A stretch of DNA of 64,000 nt from Ranitomeya imitator (lineage: Eukaryota), in the NCBI RefSeq assembly GCF_032444005.1, contig NC_091283.1, forward strand, positions 23,560,001 to 23,624,000, in the 5' to 3' direction. The notes under the pieces were generated by a model that saw nothing but the letters and a program-made list of their open reading frames with translations, searched no databases and was not told where the DNA came from. The position numbers were made by a program, and so were the translations under genes. Every line of letters begins with the position of its first letter. Positions within the stretch are counted from its first letter, which is position 1. This document shows, piece by piece, positions 1 to 12,539 of this stretch.

Positions 1-2070
1 ACCTTCCTTGGTATAAACAGATCCTCAGCGAGATATTTGTATTGTCCCCTTATATACTTATACATGGTTATTAGATCGCCCCTCAGTCGTCTTTTTTCTA
101 GACTAAATAATCCTAATTTCGCTAATCTATCTGGGTATTGTAGTTCTCCCATCCCCTTTATTAATTTTGTTGCCCTCCTTTGTACTCTCTCTAGTTCCAT
201 TATATCCTTCCTGAGCACCGGTGCCCAAAACTGGACACAGTACTCCATGTGCGGTCTAACTAGGGATTTGTAAAGAGGCAGTATAATGCTCTCATCATGT
301 GTATCCAGACCTCTTTTAATGCACCCCATGATCCTGTTTGCCTTGGCAGCTGCTGCCTGGCACTGGCTGCTCCAGGTAAGTTTATCATTAACTAGGATCC
401 CCAAGTCCTTCTCCCTGTCAGATTTGCCCAGTGGTTTCCCGTTCAGTGTGTAATGGTGATATTGATTCCCTCTTCCCATGTGTATAACCTTACATTTATC
501 ATTGTTAAACCTCATCTGCCACCTTTCAGCCCAAGTTTCCAACTTATCCAGATCCATCTGTAGCAGAATACTATCTTCTCTTGTATTAACTGCTTTACAT
601 AGTTTTGTATCATCTGCAAATATCGATATTTTACTGTGTAAACCTTCTACCAGATCATTAATGAATATGTTGAAGAGAACAGGTCCCAATACTGACCCCT
701 GCGGTACCCCACTGGTCACAGCGACCCAGTTACAGACTATACCATTTATAACCACCCTCTGCTTTCTATCACTAAGCCAGTTACTAACCCATTTACACAC
801 ATTTTCCCCCAGACCAAGCATTCTCATTTTGTGTACCAACCTCTTGTGCGGCACGGTATCAAACGCTTTGGAAAAATCGAGATATACCACGTCCAATGAC
901 TCACCGTGGTCCAGTCTATAGCTTACCTCTTCATAAAAACTGATTAGATTGGTTTGACAGGAGCGATTTCTCATAAACCCATGCTGATATGGAGTTAAAC
1001 AGTTATTCTCATTGAGATAATCCAGAATAACATCCCTCAGAAACCCTTCAAATATTTTACCAGCAATAGAGGTTAGACTTACTGGCCTATAATTTCCAGG
1101 TTCACTTTTAGAGCCCTTTTTGAATATTGGCACCACATTTGCTATGCGCCAGTCCTGCGGAACAGACCCTGTCGCTATAGAGTCACTAAAAATAAGAAAT
1201 AATGGTTTATCTATTACATTACTTAGTTCTCTTAGTACTCGTGGGTGTATGCCATCCGGACCCGGAGATTTATCTATTTTAATCTTATTTAGCCGGTTTC
1301 GCACCTCTTCTTGGGTTAGATTGGTGACTCTTAATATAGGGTTTTCATTGTTTCTTGGGATTTCACCTAGCATTTCATTTTCCACCGTGAATACCGTGGA
1401 GAAGAAGGTGTTTAATATGTTAGCTTTTTCCTCGTCATCTACAACCATTCTTTCCTCACTATTTTTTAAGGGGCCTACATTTTCAGTTTTTATTCTTTTA
1501 CTATTGATATAGTTGAAGAACAGTTTGGGATTAGTTTTACTCTCCTTAGCAATGTGCTTCTCTGTTTCCTTTTTGGCAGCTTTAATTAGTTTTTTAGATA
1601 AAGTATTTTTCTCCCTATAGTTTTTTAGAGCTTCAATGGTGCCATCCTGCTTTAGTAGTGCAAATGCTTTCTTTTTACTGTTAATTGCCTGTCTTACTTC
1701 TTTGTTTAGCCACATTGGGTTTTTCCTATTTCTAGTCCTTTTATTCCCACAAGGTATAAACCGCTTACACTGCCTATTTAGGATGTTCTTAAACATTTCC
1801 CATTTATTATCTGTATTCTTATTTCTGAGGATATTGTCCCAGTCTACCAGATTAAGGGCATCTCTAAGCTGTTCAAACTTTGCCTTCCTAAAGTTCAATG
1901 TTTTTGTGACTCCCTGACAAGTCCCCCTAGTGAAAGACAGGTGAAACTGCACAATATTGTGGTCGCTATTTCCTAAATGCCCAACCACCTGCAGATTTGT
2001 TATTCTGTCAGGTCTATTAGATAGTATTAGGTCTAAAAGTGCTGCTCCTCTGGTTGGATTCTGCACCAAT
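1..2070 (-). mobile_element. CR1-type LINE, 5'-truncated; ORF2 (end of endonuclease, linker and RT) runs off the window edge
   Basis: Reverse complement matches about 31073-33144 of the CR1 ORF2 almost base for base; the antisense ORFs 478..921, 1120..1512 and 1636..1917 are near-identical to those of the copy at 30459. Confidence 0.95.
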
Positions 2071-2871
2071 ATATAGAGGATATATATATAGATGTATATA
2101 GAGGAGATGTACAGATATCGGGGCAGTGTAGATGTATATAGAGGAGATGTACAGATATCGGGGGCAGTATAGATGTATATAGAGGAGATGTACAGATATC
2201 GGGGGCAGTATAGATGTATATAGAGGAGATGTGCAGATATCGGGGGCAGTGTAGATGTATATAGAGGGGATGTACAGATATGGGGGGCAGTATAGATGTA
2301 TATAGAGGAGATGTGCAGATATCGGGGGCAGTATAGATGTATATAGAGGAGATGTGCAGATATCGGGGGCAGTGTAGATGTATATAGAGGGGATGTACAG
2401 ATATGGGGGGCAGTATAGATGTATATAGAGGAGATGTGCAGATATCGGGGGCAGTATAGATGTATATAGAGGAGATGTACAGATATCGGGGCAGTATAGA
2501 TGTATATAGAGGGGATGTACAGATATGGGGGGGCAGTATAGATGTATATAGAGGAGATGTACAGATATCGGGGGTAGTATAGATGTATACAGAGGAGATG
2601 TACAGATATCGGGGCAGTATAGATGTATATAGAGGGGATGTACAGATATGGGGGGGCAGTATAGATGTATATAGAGGAGATGTACAGATATCGGGGCCAG
2701 TATAGATGTATATAGAGGAGATGTACAGATATCGGGGCAGTATAGATGTATATAGAGGAGATGTACAGATATCGGGGGCAGTGTAGATGTATATAGAGGA
2801 GATGTACAGATATCGGGGGCAGTATAGATGTATATAGAGGAGATGTACAGATATCGGGGGCAGTATAGATG
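2071..2871. repeat. Minisatellite, about 41 bp unit (atatagaggagatgtacagatatcgggggcagtatagatgt)
   Basis: About 20 tandem copies visible directly; gives the repetitive ORF 2033..2884. Confidence 0.95.
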
Positions 2872-2873
2872 TA

Positions 2874-3279
2874 CAGTGGGGCAAAAAAAGTATTTAGTCA
2901 GTCAGCAATAGTGCAAGTTCCACCACTTAAAAAGATGAGAGGCGTCTGTAATTTACATCATAGGTAGACCTCAACTATGGGAGACAAACTGAGAAAAAAA
3001 AATCCAGAAAATCACATTGTCTGTTTTTTTAACATTTTATTTGCATATTATGGTGGAAAATAAGTATTTGGTCAGAAACAAAATTTCATCTCAATACTTT
3101 GTAATATATCCTTTGTTGGCAATGACAGAGGTCAAACGTTTTCTGTAAGTCTTCACAAGGTTGCCACACACTGTTGTTGGTATGTTGGCCCATTCCTCCA
3201 TGCAGATCTCCTCTAGAGCAGTGATGTTTTTGGCTTTTCGCTTGGCCACACGGACTTTCAACTCTCTCCAAAGGTTTTC
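2874..3279 (-). mobile_element. Tc1/mariner end fragment (TIR plus transposase C-terminus), cut off by a Gypsy LTR
   Basis: TA followed by CAGTGGGGCAAAAAAAGTATTTAGTCAG; the minus strand encodes [31 protein letters not shown]...KGYITKY*. Confidence 0.9.
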
Positions 3280-4185
3280 TGTTGTGAGTTCTGTTTTTGG
3301 GCTCCCTCTGGTGGTTACTGATGGTACTGGGTGATTTGTGTTCTGCTGTCTCTGGTGTCCACCTGTTCTATTAGGATTTGGGAGTTTCCTATTTAACCGG
3401 GCTTTCTTGTCATTTCCCCGCCGGCTATCAAGGTTATCAGAGTGTTTTGTTTCCTCAGCTTCTGGCTTCAGTAATCTTCAGGACAAGCTAAGTTTTTGAT
3501 TTTCTTGTTCCACGTTTTTATTTATTTTTGTCTTGTCCAGCTTGCATATAATTGTTTCTTTGCTGCTGGTTGCTCTAGCGGGCTGTAATTGCTCCTCATG
3601 TTCCATGAGTTGGAACATGAGTTCAAGTAATTACAGGATGGTTTTTTGAAGGGTTTTTTGCTGACCGCGCAGTTTACTTTTGTATCCTCTGCTATCTAGT
3701 TTTAGCGGGCCTCATTTTGCTGAATCTGATTTCATACTGTGTATGTGCCTTCCTCTCATTTCACCGTCATTATATGTGGGGGGCTGCTATTTCTGTGGGG
3801 TATTTCTCTGGAGGCAAGAGAGGTCTGTGTTTCTTCTAATAGGGGAAGTTAGATCTTCGGCTGGTGCGAGACGTCTAGGATCAACGTGGGCACGTTCCCC
3901 GGCTATTGTTATTTGTGTGTTCAGGTTTAGGGTCGCGGTCAGCTCAGGTTCCATCACCCTAGAGCTCGTTGGTGCTTGTCCTTTTGTGATTCCCTGCCAT
4001 TGGAATCATGACAGTATAGCCGGCCAAAATGTTTGGGCTGAAGTAGGAGGAAAAGTAGTCTGAGGAAGTTTTTTTTTTTTTTTTCTCCTCTGAGGTGGCT
4101 GCCTAGCCCTAATTGCAGCCTGGCTAATTTTTTTTTTTTTTTCCTCCTCTTAATCCTTGAATGTCTCTGACCTTAGCTGTTTATC

Positions 4186-7100
4186 ATGGACGTCCAGAGT
4201 TTAGCTTCCAGCTTGAATAATCTTGCTGCTAAGGTTCAAAATATACAAGACTTTGTTGTACATGCTCCTATGTCTGAACCTAGAATTCCTATTCCAGAGT
4301 TCTTTGCTGGAGATAGATCTAGTTTTCTGAATTTTAGGAACAATTGCAAGCTGTTCCTTTCTTTGAAATCTCGCTCTTCTGGAGACCCTGCTCAGCAGGT
4401 TAAGATTATTATATCTTTCCTGCGGGGTGACCCTCAAAATTGGGCATTTGCATTGGCACCAGGGGATCCTGCGTTGCTTAATGTGGATGCGTTTTTTCTG
4501 GCATTGGGTTTGCTCTATGAGGAACCTAACCAAGAGATTCAGGCTGAAAAAGCTTTATTAGCTCTCTCTCAGGGGCAAGATGAAGCAGAAATATATTGTC
4601 AAAAATTTCGGAAATGGTCAGTGCTTACTCACCCAATCTAATCAGTTTTTATGAAGAGGTAAGCTATAGACTGGACCACGGTGAGTCATTGGACGTGGTA
4701 TATCTCGATTTTTCCAAAGCGTTTGATACCGTGCCGCACAAGAGGTTGGTACACAAAATGAGAATGCTTGGTCTGGGGGAAAATGTGTGTAAATGGGTTA
4801 GTAACTGGCTTAGTGATAGAAAGCAGAGGGTGGTTATAAATGGTATAGTCTCTAACTGGGTCGCTGTGACCAGTGGGGTACCGCAGGGGTCAGTATTGGG
4901 ACCTGTTCTCTTCAACATATTCATTAATGATCTGGTAGAAGGTTTACACAGTAAAATATCGATATTTGCAGATGATACAAAACTATGTAAAGCAGTTAAT
5001 ACAAGAGAAGATAGTATTCTGCTACAGATGGATCTGGATAAGTTGGAAACTTGGGCTGAAAGGTGGCAGATGAGGTTTAACAATGATAAATGTAAGGTTA
5101 TACACATGGGAAGAGGGAATCAATATCACCATTACACACTGAACTGGAAACCACTGGGTAAATCTGACAGGGAGAAGGACTTGGGGATCCTAGTTAATGA
5201 TAAACTTACCTGGAGCAGCCAGTGCCAGGCAGCAGCTGCCAAGGCAAACAGGATCATGGGGTGCATTAAAAGAGGTCTGGATACACATGATGAGAGCATT
5301 ATACTGCCTCTGTACAAATCCCTAGTTAGACCGCACATGGAGTACTGTGTCCAGTTTTGGGCACCGGTGCTCAGGAAGGATATAATGGAACTAGAGAGAG
5401 TACAAAGGAGGGCAACAAAATTAATAAAGGGGATGGGAGAACTACAATACCCAGATAGATTAGCGAAATTAGGATTATTTAGTCTAGAAAAAAGACGACT
5501 GAGGGGCGATCTAATAACCATGTATAAGTATATAAGGGGACAATACAAATATCTCGCTGAGGATCTGTTTATACCAAGGAAGGTGACGGGCACAAGGGGG
5601 CATTCTTTGCGTCTGGAGGAGAGAAGGTTTTTCCACCAACATAGAAGAGGATTCTTTACTGTTAGGGCAGTGAGAATCTGGAATTGCTTGCCTGAGGAGG
5701 TGGTGATGGCGAACTCAGTCGAGGGGTTCAAGAGAGGCCTGGATGTCTTCCTGGAGCAGAACAATATTGTATCATACAATTATTAGGTTCTGTAGAAGGA
5801 CGTAGATCTGGGGATTTATTATGATGGAATATAGGCTGAACTGGATGGACAAATGTCTTTTTTCGGCCTTACTAACTATGTTACTATGTTACTCAGTGGA
5901 ATGAGTGCGCCCTGGCTGCAAAGTTCAGAGATGGCCTTTCTGAGGCCATTAAAGATGTTATGGTGGGGTTCCCTGCGCCTACGGGTCTGAATGAGTCTAT
6001 GACTATGGCTATTCAGATTGATCGGCGTTTACGGGAGCGCAAACCTGTGCACCATTTGGCGGTGTCTTCTGAACAGGCACTTGAGACAATGCAATGTGAT
6101 AGAGTTCAGTCTAGAAGTGAACGGCAAAACTATAGGCGGAAAAATGGGTTGTGCTTTTATTGTGGTGATTCAGCTCATGTTATATCAGCATGCTCTAAAC
6201 GCACAAAAAAGGTTGATAAGTCTGTTGCCATTAGTACGTTACAGTCTAAGTTCATTCTGTCTGTGACTCTGATTTGCTCATTATCATCCATTTCCGTCGA
6301 TGCCTATGTAGATTCAGGCGCTGCCCTGAGTCTTATGGATTGGTCATTTGCCAAGCGATGTGGGTTTAGTCTTGAGCCTCTGGAAGTCCCTATTCCTTTG
6401 AAGGGAATTGACTCTACACCTTTAGCTATGAATAAACCTCAGTACTGGACACAAGTGACCATGCGTATGACTCCCATTCATCAGGAGGTGATTCGCTTCC
6501 TGGTGTTGTATAATTTACATGATTTTCTAGTACTTGGTCTGCCATGGTTACAAACTCATAATCCAGTCCTTGACTGGAAAACAATGTCTGTGTTAAGCTG
6601 GGGATGTCAGGGGGTTCATGATGATGCACCTCCGATTTCTATCGCTTCATCTACTCCTTCTGAGGTTCCTGTATTTTTGTCGGATTATCGGGATGTTTTT
6701 GAGGAGCCTAGGCTCAGTTCGCTTCCTCCTCACAGGGATTGCGATTGTGCTATAGATTTAATTCCTGGTAGTAAATTTCCTAAAGGTCGTTTGTTCAATC
6801 TGTCAGTGCCAGAGCATACTGCTATGCGGGATTATGTTAAGGAGTCCTTGGAAAAGGGACATATCCGTCCATCTTCGTCCCCTTTGGGAGCAGGTTTTTT
6901 TTTCGTGGCCAAGAAAGATGGGTCCTTGAGACCTTGTATAGATTATCGTCTTTTGAATAAGATTACCGTAAAATATCAGTATCCTTTGCCTTTGTTGACT
7001 GATTTGTTTGCTCGCATTAAGGGGGCTAAATGGTTCACTAAGATTGATCTCCGGGGTGCGTATAATCTTATACGAATAAAGCAAGGTGATGAGTGGAAAA

Positions 7101-9565
7101 CCGCATTTAATACGCCTGAGGGCCATTTTGAGTATTTGGTAATGCCTTTCGGACTTTCTAATGCTCCTTCAGTCTTCCAGTCCTTTATGCACGATATTTT
7201 CCGTGAATATCTGGATAAATTTATGATTATGTATTTGGATGATATTTTGGTTTTTTCTGATGACTGGGAGTCTCATGTTCAGCAGGTCAGGAAGGTGTTT
7301 CAGGTCCTGCGGGCTAATTCCTTGTTTGTAAAGGGCTCAAAGTGTCTCTTTGGAGTCCAGAAGATTTCTTTCTTGGGGTATATTTTTTCCCCTTCTACTA
7401 TTGAGATGGATCCCGTCAAGGTTCGGGCTATTTGTGACTGGACGCAGCCTGCATCTCTTAAGAGTTTGCAGAAGTTCTTGGGCTTTGCTAATTTCTATCG
7501 TCGTTTTATAACTAATTTTTCTAGTGTTGTTAAGCCTTTGACGGATTTGACTAAGAAGGGTGCTGATGTTGCTGATTGGTCTCCTGCGGCTGTGGAGGCC
7601 TTTCAGGAACTTAAACGCCGGTTTTCTTCTGCTCCTGTGTTGCGTCAGCCTGATGTTTCGCTTCCTTTCCAGGTTGAGGTTGATGCTTCCGAGATTGGAG
7701 CGGGGGCGGTTTTGTCACAGAGAAGCTCCGATTGCTCGGTGATGAAGCCATGTGCGTTCTTTTCTAGAAAATTTTCGCCCGCTGAGCGGAATTATGATGT
7801 GGGTAATCGGGAACTTTTGGCCATGAAGTGGGCATTTGAGGAGTGGCGTCATTGGCTGGAGGGTGCTAGACATCGTGTGGTGGTCTTGACTGATCACAAA
7901 AATCTGATTTACCTTGAGTCTGCCAGGCGTCTGAATCCTAGACAGGCTCGTTGGTCACTGTTTTTCTCTTGTTTCAATTTTGTGGTTTCATACCTGCCAG
8001 GTTCAAAGAATGTGAAGGCGGATGCTCTTTCTAGGAGTTTTGTGCCTGACTCCCCTGGAAATTCTGAGCCCACTGGTATCCTTAGGGATGGGGTGATTTT
8101 GTCGGCCGTCTTCCCAGACTTGCGACGTGCTTTGCAGGAGTTTCAGGCGGGTAAACCTGATCGTTGTCCGCCTGAGAGACTGTTTGTTCCGGATAGCTGG
8201 ACCAGTAGAGTCATCTCTGAGGTCCATTCTTCTGCGTTGGCAGGTCATCCTGGAATATTTGGTACTAGAGACTTGGTGGCCAGGTCTTTTTGGTGGCCTT
8301 CCTTGTCTAGGGATGTGCGTTCTTTTGTGCAGTCTTGTGAGGTTTGTGCTCGGGCTAAGCCTTGCTGTTCTCGAGCCAGTGGATTGTTGTCACCTTTGCC
8401 TATCCCGAAGAGGCCTTGGACGCACATTTCCATGGACTTTATTTCGGATCTCCCTGTCTCTCAAAAAATGTCCGTCATCTGGGTTGTGTGTGACCGCTTT
8501 TCTAAAATGGTTCATCTTGTACCCTTGCCTAAGTTGCCTTCCTCCTCTGAGTTGGTCCCTCTGTTTTTCCAGAACGTGGTTCGTTTGCATGGGATTCCGG
8601 AGAACATCGTTTCTGACAGGGGATCCCAGTTTGTGTCTAGATTTTGGCGGACGTTCTGTGCTAAGATGGGCATTGATTTGTCCTTTTCGTCTGCATTCCA
8701 CCCTCAGACGAATGGCCAGACGGAGCGAACTAATCAGACCTTGGAAACTTATTTGAGGTGTTTTGTTTCTGCTGATCAGGATGACTGGGTTACCTTTTTG
8801 CCGCTGGCCGAGTTTGCCCTTAATAATCGGGCTAGTTCTGCTACCTTGGTTTCTCCTTTCTTTTGTAATTCGGGGTTTCATCCTCGTTTTTCCTCTGGTC
8901 ACGTGGAGCCTTCTGATTGTCCTGGAGTGGACATGGTGGTGGATAGGTTGCATCAGATTTGGAGTCATGTGGTGGACAATTTGAAGTTGTCCCAGGAGAA
9001 GGCTCAGCAGTTTGCTAATCGCCTTCGCCGCGTGGGTCCTCGACTTCGTGTTGGGGACTTGGTGTGGTTGTCTTCTCGTTTTGTTCCTATGAAGGTCTCT
9101 TCTCCTAAGTTCAAGCCTCGGTTCATCGGTCCTTATAGGATCTTGGAAATTCTTAACCCTGTGTCGTTTCGTTTGGATCTCCCGGCATCGTTTGCTATTC
9201 ATAATGTGTTCCATCGGTCGTTGTTGCGGAAGTATGAGGTACCTGTTGTTCCTTCGCCTGAGCCTCCTGCTCCAGTGCTGGTGGAGGGAGAATTGGAGTA
9301 TGTTGTGGAGAAGATCTTGGATTCTCGTGTTTCCAGACGGAAACTCCAGTATTTGGTCAAGTGGAAGGGTTATGGTCAGGAGGATAATTCTTGGGTGGTT
9401 GCCTCGGATGTTCATGCTGATGATTTGGTTTGCGCTTTTCATAGGGCTCATCCTGGTCGCCCTGGTGGTTCTCGTGAGGGTTCGGTGACCCCTCCTCAAG
9501 GGGGGGGTTCTGTTGTGAGTTCTGTTTTTGGGCTCCCTCTGGTGGTTACTGATGGTACTGGGTGA
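4186..9565 (+). pseudogene. Gypsy gag-pol single ORF interrupted by a CR1 insertion (1371 aa if the insert is removed)
   Basis: ORF 4186 (MDVQSL...KWSVLT) continues in frame as QWNECALAAKFRDG...MVGFP (from 5894) into the 1201 aa ORF 5960..9565; CCHC zinc knuckle CFYCGDSAHVISAC. Confidence 0.93.
4632..5888 (+). mobile_element. CR1-type LINE, 5'-truncated (RT half and 3' UTR), inserted in gag
   Basis: ORF 4596..5786 with RT motifs GVPQGSVLGP and IFADD; (TTACTATG)n tail; flanked by TTACTCA at 4625-4631 and 5889-5895. Confidence 0.96.
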
Positions 9566-10250
9566 CTTGTCTTTCCTGGGTCTCTGGGTTCCACCTGTTC
9601 CATCAGGATATGGGAGTTTCCTATTTAACCTGGCTTTGCTGGCATTTCCTCGCCGGTTATCAATGTATCCAGTGTGTCTTGTTACCTCTGCTCCCTGCTC
9701 CTAGAACCTTCTGGTCAAGCTAAGTTTGGATTTTCCTGTTTTGGTGTTTTGCTTTATTTGGTTTTTAGTCCAGCCTGCAGATATGTGATTCTTGCTGCTG
9801 GTTGCTCTAGTGGGCTGAAATTGCTCCTCATGTACCATGAGTTGGCACATGAGTTCAAGTAATTTCAGGATGGTTTTTTGAAGGGTTTTTCGCTGACCGC
9901 GCAGTTCACTTTTGTATCCTCTGCTATCTAGCTTTAGTGGGCCTCATTTTGCTGAAACTGTTTTCATACTGCGCATGTGCTTTCCTCTCATTTCACCGTC
10001 ATTATATGTGGGGGGCTGCTATTTCTGTGGGGGATTTCTCTGGAGGCAAGAGAGGTCTGTGTTTCTTCTAATAGGGGAAGTTAGATCTTCGGCTGGAGCG
10101 AGACGTCTAGGATCATCGTAGGCACGTTCCCCGACTACTTTTATTTGTGTGTTAGGTTCAGGGTCGCGGTCCGCTCAGGTTCCATCGCCCTAGAGCTTGT
10201 TTGTATCTGTGCTTGTCCTTTTGTGATCCCCTGCCATTGGGATCATAACA

Positions 10251-10473
10251 GCCAAGGGTGCCCAAACTTCTGCGTCGGCTCATTTTCCTTTTTGTACTTT
10301 TTAAAATGTACAAAATGACAATATGTCTACCGTATATATTTTGCCTAACATACAAAGGAAATGTGTTATCTGTAACTTCAGGCATTTTAGAGATCATTTC
10401 ATCTTCAACTTGCTTAACTGTTCACAATAACATTAATTTTGACCAGGGGTGCCCAAACTTTGACATGCCACGG
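10251..10473. mobile_element. Tc1-like terminal IR/DR fragment of a different family from the one at 2874
   Basis: GGGTGCCCAAACTT occurs twice (about 10256 and 10447) and the piece ends CATGCCACGG-TA, like a Tc1 terminus. Confidence 0.65.
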
Positions 10474-10962
10474 TATTTCGTGCAGCAGATTTTGTGCCAA
10501 CACATTGTGATTTTCAGTAGAATTTTCTGCTGTAAATCCTGATTGCACATAGACTTAGACCAGCCGATAATCAGAGCAATCGTTTCTAGTAGTGTTACAG
10601 TTATGATAAGATGATATTCTTATCAGGTGAAATGATCTGTCAGTGAATATAGCAATCCTTGTTCTCATCGGCAGACCACCCTGTGTGCAGCGTACGTGCC
10701 GCGGAGAGCAGTGACATGTCTGCGCGCTGTGATCGCTGCGGTCACCCTTCGGCCCAGTCCCCGTCCTACACTCGTACATTCACTCTCACAGCGGCTCGGA
10801 GACAAAGCTTTTATTTCACAGGTTCTTTATTTGTTGCTGCACAGTAACCGTCTCCAACCATTGCAGACCCTCCTCTATACTACAGGCGTTACTGGTCCAT
10901 ATCTCAGATTTCCAGCAATTCCGGGCCCATCCTCACAGAGGACCAAAATCCAGGAATTGGCC

Positions 10963-12423
10963 TTAGGCCTGGAAGCGGGGCCAGGTCTTTACAGTATTGT
11001 AGAAGGTGTTTCCGGGGCACTCGGTGGCGGTGACGTTGCGATGTCCCTTCAGGATGTAGGCGGACTTGATATATCCCTTGGTGACGCCGCAGCTGATCAG
11101 GTTCTTGGCAGCGTTCTGTGCGGCGGTTGTGGGGTTACTACCTGGAATAGCACAGCAGAGGTTATAATGTGGTCACCGGGGTTAGATCCATGAAGCCCCC
11201 CAGGATCCCCCGGACTTACTGGTGAAGGTTCCGACCAAGCTGATACCAATGGAGTTAGAGTTGTAGTTTGGAGCGTGAGCACCAACAGATGTCCAGCCAC
11301 GGCCCTCGAATATGGAGCCATCTCCTCCAACCAGGAAACTGCAAAGACAAAGGCCCCGGTAAGAACCATCGAGATGTCTGAATCCATGGATGTTACGGGG
11401 CCACTTACCTGTATCCGATGTCGCACCAGCCATTGGTGTTGATGTGCATGTTCTGGATGTTCTTGGCCTGAGTGATGCAGGCGGACTGGCTGGAGCAGGC
11501 AGCGCCGGCGGTGTGGTGGATGATCACATAGGTGACTGGAGTGGACATTGCTGTCCTGCAGGTTGGAGCCTTTCCTCCCCACTGAGATTTAGTGAGGATG
11601 GTGGGACAGCCTGTGGGGTGAAGACAGAAGCTTCGAATGCTGCAGAATTCATCCTCCGTCCCACAGACCCCGACACACAGGAGCCCCTCATTGCCCTCAC
11701 TTCCATCTACAGACAGGTATTAACTAAATACCCTGTATTTTTTTTTTTTTTTTCATTTTTTGACTAGCACTTGCTCATTTACTGTGACTTCTTTACAACA
11801 GAGTATTTTTGACCTCGCTGTGCTCTTTTTGTGTCTTCAAGTTTCTTGGTGGTGTGAACAGGTTTCTACAGACTTGTTCACTGTGCAAGTAGCCCATGTG
11901 TTTCTGGTTCTATAATTGTTCTCTTGTTTCTACAAGACTGGGAACCATCACTCCTTTGTGGGTTATTTGCACTTAAGCTGTTCCATCCTGCATGTCCACA
12001 TGGATATTCCCTCTCTGAACCCTGCTTATACATGTACTATACAGATGATCAGGTTTTTAATACATCAGATAGGGATTATATACATTAGACAGGACTGCTC
12101 TATTATGGGTATACCTTGGCGATTGTTGGAGCAGCTTCATATATATTTTTTTGCAAAAAAATGTATTAACTAAATACCCTGTATTTTTTCATTTTTTGAC
12201 TAGCACTTGCTCATTTACTGTGACTTCTTTACAACAGAGTATTTTTGACCTCGCTGTGCTTTTTGTGTCTTCAAGAATTCATTCTCCGTCCCACAGACCC
12301 CGACACACAGGAGCCCCTCATTGCCCTCACTTCCATCTACAGACATTGGTCAGTTTTCATAGGGTTTTTGTACTTACATTGTGCTAGAGAGCACAAGGCG
12401 AGGAAAGCGAAGAAACGCAGCAT
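10963..12423 (-). CDS. pglyrp1: Short peptidoglycan recognition protein, copy A (181 aa). Coding exons 12423-12378, 11610-11409, 11338-11220, 11141-10963
   Basis: All GT-AG introns with compatible phases. Protein MLRFFAFLALCSLAQC-CPTILTKSQWGG...IHHTAG...[24 protein letters not shown]...GHRNVTATECPG...WPRFQA*. AATAAA on minus at about 10810. Exon sizes 46/202/119/179 are identical to copy B. Confidence 0.95.
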
Positions 12424-12539
12424 GATTGACAGGTTCCTGGGTGACAGAGAAAAGGCAACACATACAATTAGTGGGTCATTCCAATTAAGAGGGGCCTGCA
12501 GGATAGTGAGGCACAAGTTTAGGGGACCTGCATATATAC

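Larger units (their letters stand above)
3280..10250 (+). mobile_element. Ty3/Gypsy chromovirus (Tf1/sushi-like) LTR retrotransposon; LTRs 3280-4013 and 9511-10250
   Basis: TG...CA LTR ends, polypurine tract AAGGGGGGGG at about 9498-9507, gag at 4186, pol with DSGA protease, YLDD RT, RNase H, integrase and C-terminal chromodomain (YVVEKILDSR...YLVKWKGY). Confidence 0.97.

Noticed and set aside
478-1917. Conserved-looking ORFs repeated three times in the window (MCITLHLSLL..., MNIGTTFAM...)
   Set aside because: Antisense frames of the near-identical CR1 copies.
8390-9499. 369 aa antisense ORF in the Gypsy integrase region
   Set aside because: Expected from the T-rich codon bias of the sense strand; not kept open in the related element 2.
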